From contig JAYZAY010000011.1 of NCBI GenBank assembly GCA_036339465.1, positions 32,001-96,000 on the forward strand: a DNA stretch of 64,000 nt, read 5' to 3'. Below are positions 10,937 through 21,452 of the stretch, one piece after another. A program made the translations under genes and the position numbers. Below the pieces are notes generated by a model. It saw nothing but the letters and a program-made list of their open reading frames with translations. It ran no database searches and was not told the DNA's origin. Within the stretch, counting starts at the first letter, position 1, and each line of letters starts with the position of its first letter. The DNA comes from Myxococcota bacterium. GTDB taxonomy: Bacteria > Myxococcota > XYA12-FULL-58-9 > JABJBS01.

Positions 10937-12049
10937 ATGAAACATTTGAATAACTTCAGTTCCCAAAGACGTCTTAACTTGATTCCTCAGTGGACCATTG
11001 TGTGGATTTTTGCGCTAGCATTTTCTGGCCAAGTGGCGCAAGCCGCAGAGTCAGTGAAATGCGAAAAGGGTGGGAAGAGCAAGTGGCACAAGGTGTGGAA
11101 AATCTATGGCAGCGTTAAGGATATGCCAGAGATTTTGGAGAATGAGGGGGTGCATATTTTAGATTTTCCTCCCTCGATTTGGGAGGATCGGCAGGCGGTC
11201 GACATTGCGTGGGCGGCAAAAGATTGGTGCAAAGTTAAGTATTTAATGGGGGCCGTGGACTCGGCTTTTAGCCGAATTCCCTCGGCGGAACTAACCCCAG
11301 ATGAATTTGGGCGATTTGTCATTGAGAAGTTTAGAAGGTTGGAAGCTTGGTATCGAGTGGCGAGTCTAAGTGCCCAAATCAATGCCGAGGGTTATTTGAA
11401 GCATGGGGTGGCACAGCTGGCCGACGGTAAGTTTCTAGAAGCGAGTCAGCAGTTCAACCGAGCTTTGAATCATGTTTTCAAGTTAGAGAACAATTGGCAG
11501 ATTCCACAACTTCTGCCCACTGTTTCAATCAAGGGCCACAAGCAAGCGGAATTGAACCCGGATGAAATTGTAGCGGGGTGTCCCGATCTTGGTGCAACGG
11601 TCACCAAAGAAGAGTATGAAACCATTTTGGCAAAGATGTCAAAAGTATTCAATGAGCGTCTTCTCCGGCCGGTTGATCTAAAGGATGCTACAGATTTGAT
11701 TGCAGATTTTTCGAATTACTATCGATTAGGCGTGATGGCTGCAGCGGCGAGGGTAGGGTGCGTTTTGATCAAGCGGGCGGGAGAGTTCGATGTCGATCTT
11801 GGGACGGTGATGCGACGGTATCAATTGGTCAATCAGCTCCAGCAGGAGAAGACGCTACCGAAGTATCGGCGACGTGAATTCAAGAAGTTTGTACGATTGG
11901 CGAGTGATCACCTTGCGCAGTCTCGGTTTCAACTCGCCCATCAGTCCTTAGAGAAAGTGTTTGTTCTTTTTGGTGAACCAGTCTCACCGAGTTCTTATCT
12001 AATGGGGGCGCCGGATTCTCCTAAGCATCTCAAGGGTCCGAAAAGGTAG
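10937..12049 (+). CDS. Hypothetical secreted protein
   Basis: ~370-aa ORF with hydrophobic N-terminus ending AQA; no family recognised; start uncertain. Confidence 0.65.
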   Translation: MKHLNNFSSQRRLNLIPQWTIVWIFALAFSGQVAQAAESVKCEKGGKSKWHKVWKIYGSVKDMPEILENEGVHILDFPPSIWEDRQAVDIAWAAKDWCKVKYLMGAVDSAFSRIPSAELTPDEFGRFVIEKFRRLEAWYRVASLSAQINAEGYLKHGVAQLADGKFLEASQQFNRALNHVFKLENNWQIPQLLPTVSIKGHKQAELNPDEIVAGCPDLGATVTKEEYETILAKMSKVFNERLLRPVDLKDATDLIADFSNYYRLGVMAAAARVGCVLIKRAGEFDVDLGTVMRRYQLVNQLQQEKTLPKYRRREFKKFVRLASDHLAQSRFQLAHQSLEKVFVLFGEPVSPSSYLMGAPDSPKHLKGPKR

Positions 12050-14359
12050 GTGTGGGTAGGCGTACTCGGAGTTCGCCAAATCTCTTTCTTATACTTGCGA
12101 GGAACGATCTTCTGGGGAACACTTGTTTGTGGAGGGTCCAATTTGGTGAAGCGCACTTACGGTGTCCGGCGCCGCGGTAGGGAAGTGTATAATCCGTTCC
12201 GCGCACTATTGTACGATTGGCTCGTACCACGCCTTCTCAATCTTTTTCGACACGGCGCAGGCATTCTCTTGTCTCTTTCGATGATTCTCTTGTCGATACG
12301 GGGTTTTTTTAGAGGAAGTCAGTTTTTTCAGGTGGCGCCATTGGTTCTTGTGGGGGTGACTCTTTCCGTCTTATTTTGGCGTTTCCATCTGACATTTCGA
12401 AAAGGCCTTCCAATAGCTTCGAAAACGAAGCCGATTCAACCAGAGTTAGATATTGCGATGCTCACGCTCGCATTGGTCTTTGTGTGTTTAGAGGGGGGAG
12501 GAGGTCCCTCGGGGCTACTTTATCCCTTTGCTTATGTCTTTGTTGCTTTCAGTGTCGCCGTTTGTTCGAAGAGGGTCCTCTTTTTTGTCCTGCCCCTTTT
12601 ATTGGTCACCGAAGCGTTGATTATTACCTATCAACCAGAGGTTGGTGGTTGGAAACTTTTGGCTGCGCATACATTATTTTCATTTTTATTCGGAAGCCTG
12701 TTTGCACTCTTATTACGCGGTGAGGTGATGAATCGCCGAAATTCCATGGAAAGGGAAATCGAATGTATGCTCACGTCGATTTCCCAAGATGCACAGGACT
12801 TTCGTCTTACTTCGGGAATGGCATGGGATGGAAAAAAATTGAGTCCCGAAGAACTTAAATTTCGAAGGAATGTAAGTTCGGTGGAAGTTATACATGAGGC
12901 TTCTTACAATGTTTTGGCTATTGCCGAGCACGCTTTAGATACACATACCGTGGCGCTTTATTGGCTTGATGTGAATAACGCAAAACTTATTTTGAAAGAG
13001 CAAAGAACCCATGGGGAAGCCGAATTAGCGGCGTCCATTGAGGCCGTGGAAGGTGTTGTGGGGGCCATTAAGAAAAAGGCTGAACCCATTAGGCTTCATT
13101 CTTTGAGCCCAGGGTATTCTGGGTTGACCTATTATGCGGGCAAGGTCAGTCCTTCGAGTTTTCTCGGTGTCCCTTTACTGGAACATGGCCACTTCAGAGG
13201 TATTTTGGTGGCCGACCGGGTCAATTCTCTGCCTTTCTCTGACGATGATTTACAGATTCTGGTTACCATTGGTGGCGAAATTATCAGGGCTATTCAAGTG
13301 GAGCGTATTTTTAGCGATATGGATCGAGAGAAATTTCGAAAAGAGCAGTTTTATAAAGCTTCTCGGGCTTTCAATGGAACTTTAAGAGTGGAGGATGTCG
13401 GTCAAGTCGCGATTCAAGCCGCTATGGAAGTTGCGGGCTTGGAAGGGGCTGCCATGGTTCGATGTCTTTCGAGGCCTGACGAGTTTGAGATAGTCTCTAT
13501 TTCTTGGCCAAAACCGAGGGTGGTGGAGGCACTTCAAGGAGCCCGTTTTCTTGGTTCTGGGGGGTTGGTGGCTGCTAGTTTGAAGGCGCGGCATTCATTG
13601 CCTTATGGAGAGATATGCTCCCAGGGACAGACAGTATTTGCAAAGGATTTGTCGTTTGAACCATCAACGCTCATGATTTTACCATTGGTCTGGAATGATG
13701 AACCCATCGGAGCACTTTTGGTGGCTGACCCACGGCCGCGCAAATTGAATCACGAAGTGAGAGATATGCTGCATGTTATTGCCGATCACGCTGCAATTGC
13801 CATTGCCAACGGTCAAATGTATCAGCAGATGGAGGAGCTCGCGACCACCGACGGACTTACTGGGTTGGTAAACCATCGGCATTTTCAGGAACTATTTGAT
13901 GTTGGGTTGAAGTCGGCGGCTCGGTATCAACGAAACTACGCCTTGATACTATGTGACCTTGACCATTTTAAGAGTGTTAATGACACCTATGGCCATCCAG
14001 TCGGTGATGCTGTACTAAAGAGAATTTCAAGTGTGCTGAAAAGGTCTGCTCGGGGTACAGATATTGTTGCTAGATATGGGGGAGAAGAATTTGCAATCCT
14101 TATGGATGAAACCGATGCTACTGGCGCGACGACCATTGCGGAGCGGATCAGGAATCTGGTCAAACAGGAGTTGTTCCACAGTGAGATTGGAAGTTTTCGG
14201 TGTTCCATGTCTCTTGGGATTTCGGTATTCCCTCTCCACTCGTCCATAAAGACGGAGTTGTTGGTTGCTGCTGATGAGGGGCTTTATGAAGCGAAACGTG
14301 CGGGCAGGGATCGAGTTGTTTTGGCGAAGTTTCCAACAACTCGAAAAAAGGCAGGATGA
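12050..14359 (+). CDS. Membrane-bound diguanylate cyclase (TM-GAF-GAF-GGDEF)
   Basis: TDGLTGLVN, DLDHFKSVNDTYGH, RGTD I-site, RYGGEEF; two GAF-like regions; multi-TM N-terminus. Start uncertain. Confidence 0.92.
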   Translation: MWVGVLGVRQISFLYLRGTIFWGTLVCGGSNLVKRTYGVRRRGREVYNPFRALLYDWLVPRLLNLFRHGAGILLSLSMILLSIRGFFRGSQFFQVAPLVLVGVTLSVLFWRFHLTFRKGLPIASKTKPIQPELDIAMLTLALVFVCLEGGGGPSGLLYPFAYVFVAFSVAVCSKRVLFFVLPLLLVTEALIITYQPEVGGWKLLAAHTLFSFLFGSLFALLLRGEVMNRRNSMEREIECMLTSISQDAQDFRLTSGMAWDGKKLSPEELKFRRNVSSVEVIHEASYNVLAIAEHALDTHTVALYWLDVNNAKLILKEQRTHGEAELAASIEAVEGVVGAIKKKAEPIRLHSLSPGYSGLTYYAGKVSPSSFLGVPLLEHGHFRGILVADRVNSLPFSDDDLQILVTIGGEIIRAIQVERIFSDMDREKFRKEQFYKASRAFNGTLRVEDVGQVAIQAAMEVAGLEGAAMVRCLSRPDEFEIVSISWPKPRVVEALQGARFLGSGGLVAASLKARHSLPYGEICSQGQTVFAKDLSFEPSTLMILPLVWNDEPIGALLVADPRPRKLNHEVRDMLHVIADHAAIAIANGQMYQQMEELATTDGLTGLVNHRHFQELFDVGLKSAARYQRNYALILCDLDHFKSVNDTYGHPVGDAVLKRISSVLKRSARGTDIVARYGGEEFAILMDETDATGATTIAERIRNLVKQELFHSEIGSFRCSMSLGISVFPLHSSIKTELLVAADEGLYEAKRAGRDRVVLAKFPTTRKKAG

Positions 14360-15693
14360 ATTTAACGGGTAAGAGAAAACGAATGAAAAAAACTTTTGTT
14401 CTTGATACGAATGTTCTTTTGCACGATCCCAATGCGATTTTCGGATTTGAGGAAAACAAAATTGTTATTCCTATTTACGTTATTGAAGAGATCGATACTT
14501 TCAAAAAAGACTTGTCTGAATTGGGCCGCAATGCACGACATGTCACCCGTGCTTTGGATGCATTACGTGTGCGAGGTGCCCTCAGTGAGGGCGTGACCAT
14601 GTCCAATGATGGCAGTCTTCAGGTGGTGATGACGAATCATCGTCTGCCGGAAGGTTTTACCTCTCGAAATTCCACTGACAACATGATTTTGGGCACGGCC
14701 TTGGAGGTTCAAGATAGGAATCCTGAGGATCGAGTCGTTTTTGTTTCCAAGGATGTTAATCTCCGAATTCGGGGGCACGCCCTTGGATTACATGTGGAAG
14801 ATTATGACTCCGAGGGTACGGATATTAGCGAACTTTATACGGGGATCCGAGAGCTTGGGGTCGATGGAGAGAGAATCGACTCATTTTATAGGGACGGTGT
14901 TCTTCCTGTGGAGGAGGAAGCAACCACCCCCAACGAATTTGTGATCCTAAAAAATCCAGTGAATCCCACGCACACCGGTTTGGGCAAGGTCGACACCGAT
15001 GAGCAAGTGATTCGGCCAATTTATTCTCCTAAGGATGGCATGTGGGGAATTCGGCCTCGCAACAAAGAACAGAGTTTTGCCGCCGATATTTTACTCAACG
15101 ATGAGGTAAAGCTTGTAACCCTCGTTGGTAAAGCGGGTACCGGTAAAACATTGCTGGCCATAGCAGCGGGTCTTCATAAGGTCACTGAAGAGGGGGCTTA
15201 TCAGCGCCTTTTGATATCTCGGCCTATTTTTCCACTGGGAAAGGATATTGGTTATTTGCCGGGGGATGTCGAGGAAAAGTTGACACCGTGGATGCAGCCA
15301 ATCTTTGATAATATCGAGTTTCTAATGGGAATATCCCGTAACGACAAACGGCAAGGCCGTGGTTATGCGGAGCTGATGGATTTGGGGCTTTTGGAAATTG
15401 AACCACTGACCTACATCCGAGGCAGGAGTATTCCGAATCAATTCATGGTGGTCGATGAAGCTCAAAATCTAACCCCCCACGAGGTGAAAACCATCATCAG
15501 CCGTGCCGGCGATAACACAAAGATTGTTCTAACCGGCGATCCATATCAGATTGACAATCCCTATGTTGATTCGACCAACAATGGTTTGGTGCATGTGGTC
15601 AATCGGTTTCAGCAGGAGAGAATCGCGGGCCATATTTCCTTCAGTCGAGGTGAGAGGTCGGATTTAGCAGAGAAGGCAGCGAATTTATTGTAA
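14356..15693 (+). CDS. PIN-domain PhoH-family ATPase (PhoH2/YlaK-like)
   Basis: FVLDTNVLLHD PIN motif, GKAGTGKT, RGRS, DEAQNLT, GDPYQID. Confidence 0.93.
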   Translation: MNLTGKRKRMKKTFVLDTNVLLHDPNAIFGFEENKIVIPIYVIEEIDTFKKDLSELGRNARHVTRALDALRVRGALSEGVTMSNDGSLQVVMTNHRLPEGFTSRNSTDNMILGTALEVQDRNPEDRVVFVSKDVNLRIRGHALGLHVEDYDSEGTDISELYTGIRELGVDGERIDSFYRDGVLPVEEEATTPNEFVILKNPVNPTHTGLGKVDTDEQVIRPIYSPKDGMWGIRPRNKEQSFAADILLNDEVKLVTLVGKAGTGKTLLAIAAGLHKVTEEGAYQRLLISRPIFPLGKDIGYLPGDVEEKLTPWMQPIFDNIEFLMGISRNDKRQGRGYAELMDLGLLEIEPLTYIRGRSIPNQFMVVDEAQNLTPHEVKTIISRAGDNTKIVLTGDPYQIDNPYVDSTNNGLVHVVNRFQQERIAGHISFSRGERSDLAEKAANLL

Positions 15694-15799
15694 GAATTCT
15701 CGCTGATAGACAGAGATCTATGGCAATATGCTTGACGTCGGTAAATATCACTGGTTATGAGCTTCAGACTTAAGTTCAAAGTATAGCGAGGTTACGAAA

Positions 15800-15973
15800 A
15801 TGCGGGATATAACAGAAGATACTCTTTATGACGTTCGTTTGATTGAGCGCCACATGAAAGAAGGTATTTTGAAGCAAGAAGAACTCGATGCCCATTTGGC
15901 TAAGATCCCTGATTCAGAATCGAAGTCGTCAATGGTCAATGTGGATGAACTACGCACCAAGAACGTCATCTAG
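15800..15973 (+). CDS. Small hypothetical protein (57 aa)
   Basis: MRDITEDTLYDVRLIERHMKEGILKQEELDAHLAKIPDSESKSSMVNVDELRTKNVI; GAGG RBS; below the ORF-track cutoff. Confidence 0.7.
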   Translation: MRDITEDTLYDVRLIERHMKEGILKQEELDAHLAKIPDSESKSSMVNVDELRTKNVI

Positions 15974-16329
15974 GTCCAATCCTTCAGATATCTTATTGAC
16001 CTGGCCACGATTATTGGTCGTTAGGTCCTATCTTCCTTGATTCACAATCGCCGCGCTTGTTTTGGTGTTTGGCTGTCTTTTCGAAATAGCATTCTAATGG
16101 AATACCATCGTCTTTGAAGATGTCGTCTTTGGAGATGGGTACCGGGTTTTGCCGCTCCTATGTTTCAGGATTCTCCAGCAAAACGTGCTTTCATGGTCTT
16201 TTTGGATTAATTTTTTCCCATTGTCCCAGCTCGGTCGTATCCTATTGAAGCAGTTGCGGTTGGGCTGAAGTCCCCTATTCTATATCTCAGAGCGGGACTT
16301 TTCGCCCGATTGAGGGGCCTGAATCAGGA

Positions 16330-18897
16330 GTGGTTATGCGTATGGAGAGACTGACTCACAAAGCGGTTGAGGCAATGGACGATGCCCAAGTTGAAGCGAA
16401 GCGTCGCGAACACCAGGGTATCGCAGGCCTTCATTTACTGTGGGCATTGGTCCGCCAGGATGGGGGTATCGTGCCCAGCGTATTACAAAAGATTGGCGTT
16501 GATCCGTCGGTCATTCTTGGTCAGGTGGACGGTGCATTTGGTTCTTTGCCCAAGGTTCAGGGGGGCAGTGCTTATGGGTCCGATGATCTTCAGCGAGTCT
16601 TAGAAGAAGCTGACGCGGTCGCTGATCGCATGAACGATGACTATGTTTCCACTGAACATCTCTTCTTGGCGATTTCCATGAAGCAGGGAAAGGCTCAAAG
16701 AATTCTAAACCGTCTCGGGGTTACCGATGAAGGGATTATGAGGGCATTGGAGGGAGTTCGTGGGAGCCACCGAGTCACGGATCAAACGCCAGAAAATCGA
16801 TACGAGGCTTTGGCTCGGTATGCTCGAGATCTGACTGACCAGGCGCGGCGGGGAAAAACAGATCCCGTTATTGGACGAGATGAAGAAATTAGAAGAGTTA
16901 TCCAAGTTCTGTCTCGTCGGACGAAGAATAATCCGGTTTTAATTGGCGAACCAGGGGTGGGTAAAACAGCCATTGCTGAAGGACTGGCCAGACGCATCGT
17001 CGATGGAGATATACCTTTGGGGATGAAGGATCGAAGGGTCTTGGCCCTCGACTTGGGCGCGCTTGTGGCGGGAGCAAAATATCGAGGTGAGTTTGAGGAT
17101 CGCCTGAAGGCGGTGCTCAAAGAAGTCACCGAGGGTGCGGGTAGCATCATTCTATTTATCGATGAAATGCATACTCTGGTGGGCGCAGGAGCGTCGGAAG
17201 GGGCGATGGATGCTTCGAATATGTTAAAACCAGCCCTAGCTCGAGGTGAACTGCATTGTATTGGTGCCACGACTTTGGACGAATATCGGAAGCACATTGA
17301 AAAAGATCCAGCTTTTGAACGGCGGTTTGCTCCGGTGCTCATTGAGCCTCCCAGTGTGGAAGATACGGTTTCAATTTTGCGAGGCTTGAAGCAACGCTAC
17401 GAGATTCACCACGGCGTTCGAATTCAGGATGGGGCCTTGGTTGCGGCCGCGAAGCTTTCAGCTCGATATATACCTGAGCGATTTTTGCCAGATAAGGCCA
17501 TCGATCTTATAGACGAGGCGGCCAGCCTTTTAAGACTCCAAATTGACTCTCTTCCAACTGAATTAGATCAATTAGGGCGCAAAATTGTTCAGTTGGAAAT
17601 TGAGAGACAAGCGCTCTTACAAGAAGTGGATCAGGGTTCAAAACAAAGGCTTGAAAAGCTCAACCGCGAATTGAATGGATTAAAAGAAAACGAACGAGAA
17701 CTCAAAATTCAGTGGCAATTGGAGGTTGATGATCTCAAGAAAAGCCAAAAGTTTCAGGAGGAACTCGAAGTGCTTCGTCAGGAGCAGGCAACCGCCGAAC
17801 GAATAGGGGATTTGAGTCGAGCAGCTGAGATTAAATTTGGAAAGATCCCCGAAATAATACAGGAGCTTGATGATGTTAAGAAAGCATTCGAAGCCAAGGA
17901 AAACTCTCTGATTCATGAGGAAGTAGAGCCCGAAGATATTGCTGCGATTGTTTCAAAGTGGACCCATATTCCCGTGACAAAAATGTTGGAAGGTGAAACC
18001 GAAAAACTTTTGAGAATGGAGGAAGTACTTACGCAAAAGGTCATAGGTCAATCTAAGGCAATTGAAGCCATTGCCCACGCTATTCGCAGAAGTCGTTCTG
18101 GGCTGTCTGACCCCAATCGACCTTTAGGGTCGTTTCTCTTTTTGGGACAAACCGGCGTAGGGAAAACCGAGACAGCTCGAGCTTTGGCTACTTTCCTCTT
18201 TGATGATGAAACCGCGATGGTTCGGATCGACATGAGTGAGTATATGGAAAAGCACGCCGTTTCTCGTTTGGTGGGAGCGCCTCCTGGATATATCGGCTAT
18301 GAACAGGGTGGACAGCTCACGGAAGTGGTTCGCCGAAAACCTTACGCTGTTATTCTTCTCGATGAGATTGAGAAGGCTCACGACGACGTATTCAATCTCT
18401 TTCTTCAGCTCTTAGAGGACGGTCGACTTACCGAGGGCCAAGGGCGAACCGTAGATTTTAGAAATACGGTCGTCATAATGACCTCAAATTATGGTGTGGA
18501 CAAACTCCTGAATACAAAGTTCTCCGATGAGAATCTCAGGGCGCTACTTGGAACTCGATTTCGACCAGAGTTTATCAATCGGGTTGATGAGGTTGTGGTA
18601 TTCAATGCATTGGATGACACGAATCTCCAAAAGATTCTCGAGCTTCGGATTGCTGATATTAATCAACGGCTGGCCGAAAGAGAGCTCATTTTGGAAGTTG
18701 AACCAGCAGCTAGGGGAAAATTGCTCGAATTGGGTTATGATCCGTCGTTTGGGGCTCGACCTCTCAAGCGCTGTCTACAAAGATACATTGAAAATCCACT
18801 TGCTTCTGCTATTTTGGCCGGGGATTTCAGTGCAAAGGATTCCGTTTTGTGCACTTGGAATGAGGGGTTTCGTTTCCAGAAAATGAAGCTGATGTAG
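16330..18897 (+). CDS. clpB: Chaperone ClpB
   Basis: Two AAA+ modules ([16 protein letters not shown]), coiled-coil middle domain, [16 protein letters not shown]. Confidence 0.97.
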   Translation: MVMRMERLTHKAVEAMDDAQVEAKRREHQGIAGLHLLWALVRQDGGIVPSVLQKIGVDPSVILGQVDGAFGSLPKVQGGSAYGSDDLQRVLEEADAVADRMNDDYVSTEHLFLAISMKQGKAQRILNRLGVTDEGIMRALEGVRGSHRVTDQTPENRYEALARYARDLTDQARRGKTDPVIGRDEEIRRVIQVLSRRTKNNPVLIGEPGVGKTAIAEGLARRIVDGDIPLGMKDRRVLALDLGALVAGAKYRGEFEDRLKAVLKEVTEGAGSIILFIDEMHTLVGAGASEGAMDASNMLKPALARGELHCIGATTLDEYRKHIEKDPAFERRFAPVLIEPPSVEDTVSILRGLKQRYEIHHGVRIQDGALVAAAKLSARYIPERFLPDKAIDLIDEAASLLRLQIDSLPTELDQLGRKIVQLEIERQALLQEVDQGSKQRLEKLNRELNGLKENERELKIQWQLEVDDLKKSQKFQEELEVLRQEQATAERIGDLSRAAEIKFGKIPEIIQELDDVKKAFEAKENSLIHEEVEPEDIAAIVSKWTHIPVTKMLEGETEKLLRMEEVLTQKVIGQSKAIEAIAHAIRRSRSGLSDPNRPLGSFLFLGQTGVGKTETARALATFLFDDETAMVRIDMSEYMEKHAVSRLVGAPPGYIGYEQGGQLTEVVRRKPYAVILLDEIEKAHDDVFNLFLQLLEDGRLTEGQGRTVDFRNTVVIMTSNYGVDKLLNTKFSDENLRALLGTRFRPEFINRVDEVVVFNALDDTNLQKILELRIADINQRLAERELILEVEPAARGKLLELGYDPSFGARPLKRCLQRYIENPLASAILAGDFSAKDSVLCTWNEGFRFQKMKLM

Positions 18898-18989
18898 GTG
18901 TTGATTGGTCGCATATTTTTTCAGTGAGCTTGCGGTGAATGGTCGCGCTTCGTTAGAATCAAGTATGTCTCGATAACTTGGTTCAAAAC

Positions 18990-19856
18990 ATGCCTGCACG
19001 TTTTTTTGGTCAATATTTACTAGAGCAAGGCGTTGTTTCCACATGCCAACTCGACCTAGCTCTGCGTTGGCTCGATGAAAAATCCGAACGTATTGGAGAA
19101 ATTGCGCTCCGGCGTGGGTTGTTAACCTCGGTTCAAATTAAAGAGTTAACCCGCATCCAACGAAACATCGATTGTTCGTTTGGTGAATTGGCCATTGAGC
19201 GAGGGTATCTATCCCGTGACAACTTACAACTTTTACTCGCTGAACAAGCGCGGTGTCGGATTTCTATAGGTGAGGCACTTGTGGACTTGGAGGTTATACA
19301 GAAAACGGCATTGCATGGGTATTTAGACGCATTTCACTACGAAGAGTCTCTGCACAATCAAAGTCGACAAACGTCGGATATTGAATTGTCTCGGCCTATA
19401 TTGATGAAAAACATAGAAGAAGTTTTTCCAAGACTCGTTTTTCGTTTAACGGGTGTTCGAGTTAAGTTATCCCAACTAAGCCGTCGTAGGCTGAATTTGG
19501 CGCAAGGAGATAAATGGTATATCGCTCGTGTCGATCTCGAATTGATAAAGCCTGAAGGAGAATTGGCTCAATGTGGCTCAATTTGGATGGTCATTGGTAA
19601 ACATTTGGCAGATTTAGTTTTGGCCGCTTATCTCCAGGAGTGTTTCGTCGAGGAGAGCGATAATGTCCAGCCTGAAGAAGCTCTATCCTCGATTTTGAGT
19701 GTCATTTCTGGCAACCTATTGCGTGGGACTTGGGAAGGTAATGGCCGAGGTCGTATGGGCCCCCCCGCAACTCTTGGGTTTTCCGAAGAAATGATGTGGG
19801 TATGGGAAATGGTAAGTCCCTATGGAGATGGCTGGGTTGCATACATAGAGCGTTAG
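18990..19856 (+). CDS. MshEN-like repeat protein with a CheX-like C-terminal domain
   Basis: Four repeats RFFGQYLLEQG / RIGEIALRRGL / SFGELAIERGY / SIGEALVDLEV; C-terminal GSIWM...EEALSSILSVISGNL resembles CheX. Confidence 0.6.
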   Translation: MPARFFGQYLLEQGVVSTCQLDLALRWLDEKSERIGEIALRRGLLTSVQIKELTRIQRNIDCSFGELAIERGYLSRDNLQLLLAEQARCRISIGEALVDLEVIQKTALHGYLDAFHYEESLHNQSRQTSDIELSRPILMKNIEEVFPRLVFRLTGVRVKLSQLSRRRLNLAQGDKWYIARVDLELIKPEGELAQCGSIWMVIGKHLADLVLAAYLQECFVEESDNVQPEEALSSILSVISGNLLRGTWEGNGRGRMGPPATLGFSEEMMWVWEMVSPYGDGWVAYIER

Positions 19857-19890
19857 ACACATAGAGCATTAGATACATGGAGCATTAGAC
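19843..19890. repeat. 16-bp imperfect tandem repeat, three copies
   Basis: ACATAGAGCGTTAGAC / ACATAGAGCATTAGAT / ACATGGAGCATTAGAC. Confidence 0.85.
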
Positions 19891-19997
19891 AATGGGGCCT
19901 TTGGGTTCACGAATCGATTGCACCGCAGGATTCCTTATATTATCCGGCACATAGAGAGAAGAACGGAGGGGCTTGTCCCCATGCTAAAGGAGCTCAG

Positions 19998-21413
19998 ATG
20001 ACTGCGAACGAGCAACAGCCACTTTGGGGAGGGGGAGATTCTATGATGCATCCTGCCCTTGATGCGATTTCCGTATCGTTGCGGCAGGATATGCCTCTGG
20101 CCGAAGCAGATTTAAAGGCGTCTGCGGCTTACGCTAGAGCCCTGGGCAAGTGTGGTGTGCTCTCCATAGAGGATGGGGAGGCCCTTTCCAAGGAGTTGCT
20201 AACAATCCGGGGTGAGTACCGGAAGGGTGAATGGCGGCCGGATGGTTTTGAGGATGTTCATACGGCTATTGAAGCGGAGGTTACCCAGCGTTTGGGAGAT
20301 CTAGGCGCCAGATTACATACGGGTAGAAGTCGAAATGACCAGGTTGCCACAGCTTTTCGCCTGACTGTCATGGGGATTATTGATGATTTGGCAAAATGCG
20401 GAACGGATCTCCTCATGGTTATTCTGAATCGTGCAGAAGATGAAATTGACACCCTCATGTCGGCTTATACGCACTTACAACGCGCACAACCCATTCGTCT
20501 GGCTCATTGGTTGATGTCCTATTTTTGGCCACTAGAACGAGATCTAGAGCGACTTATGCAATTGCGTCAGAGGGTTGCCGTTCTACCTTTGGGTGTGGGG
20601 GCGGTATCGGGACATCCTTTTGACATCGATCGGAATTATCTGGCAGATGAGTTGGGTTTTGATGCGATCAGTGAGAATAGTCTGGATACGGTGGGAGATC
20701 GTGATTTCGCGATTGAATTTGTTTTTGCATGTTCTTTAATTGGGATTCATCTGTCGAGAATGTCTGAAGACTTGGTTGTATGGAGCTCAGCGGAGTTCGG
20801 TTTTATTAAGTGGCCTTCTAATTTAGCGACTGGCTCCAGCTTGATGCCGAACAAAAAGAACCCAGATTTACCCGAATTGGTTCGGGGAAGAGCGGCTCAA
20901 CCCATTGGGGATTTGATGACACTTCTAACTTTAATGAAGGGGTTGCCCACAAGTTATCAGCGAGATCTTCAAGAAGATAAGCAGCCTGTATGGCGTTCGA
21001 ATTATGTCACTCGAACCAACCTTTTGGCCATGACCGCAGCCATTGATGGGGTTGTCTTTAATGGCGATGCCCTAAGTGGTGATCTTTCTGATGATATTCT
21101 AGCGACTGAATTGGCTGATTTGTTGGTGGGGCGTGGTGAAGCATTTCGAACTGCGTATCGGGCTGTCTCTTGTTTGGTGGCGAGGGTTCGAGAAGGTGGT
21201 GGCACACTGAAGGAGTATGCGGCGTCGGCTTCTCCAGAAGAGCTAAAACCATTTATGGCTGAGGATATTCTAAATTGTCGAGTTGAGGATGCCATTGAAC
21301 GTCGGACGACACCAGGTGGAACGGCGCGAGAAGCGGTTGAACTTCAATTCAAAGATGCGCAAGAGGTAATAGACTTTTACCGAGATAAATTTTTCGCTCT
21401 ACAAGACGATTGA
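19998..21413 (+). CDS. argH: Argininosuccinate lyase
   Basis: LWGG, EDVH, LHTGRSRNDQ, YTHLQRAQP, GSSLMPNKKNPD, RDLQEDK. Confidence 0.96.
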   Translation: MTANEQQPLWGGGDSMMHPALDAISVSLRQDMPLAEADLKASAAYARALGKCGVLSIEDGEALSKELLTIRGEYRKGEWRPDGFEDVHTAIEAEVTQRLGDLGARLHTGRSRNDQVATAFRLTVMGIIDDLAKCGTDLLMVILNRAEDEIDTLMSAYTHLQRAQPIRLAHWLMSYFWPLERDLERLMQLRQRVAVLPLGVGAVSGHPFDIDRNYLADELGFDAISENSLDTVGDRDFAIEFVFACSLIGIHLSRMSEDLVVWSSAEFGFIKWPSNLATGSSLMPNKKNPDLPELVRGRAAQPIGDLMTLLTLMKGLPTSYQRDLQEDKQPVWRSNYVTRTNLLAMTAAIDGVVFNGDALSGDLSDDILATELADLLVGRGEAFRTAYRAVSCLVARVREGGGTLKEYAASASPEELKPFMAEDILNCRVEDAIERRTTPGGTAREAVELQFKDAQEVIDFYRDKFFALQDD

Positions 21414-21452
21414 TTTTATCTCATGAACGAATGCTTGAGAGGAGATACAGGA

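Noticed and set aside
16240..16330. CIRCE or sigma32 promoter before clpB
   Set aside because: No TTAGCACTC-N9-GAGTGCTAA; only a weak GTTG-N17-CTATAT resemblance.
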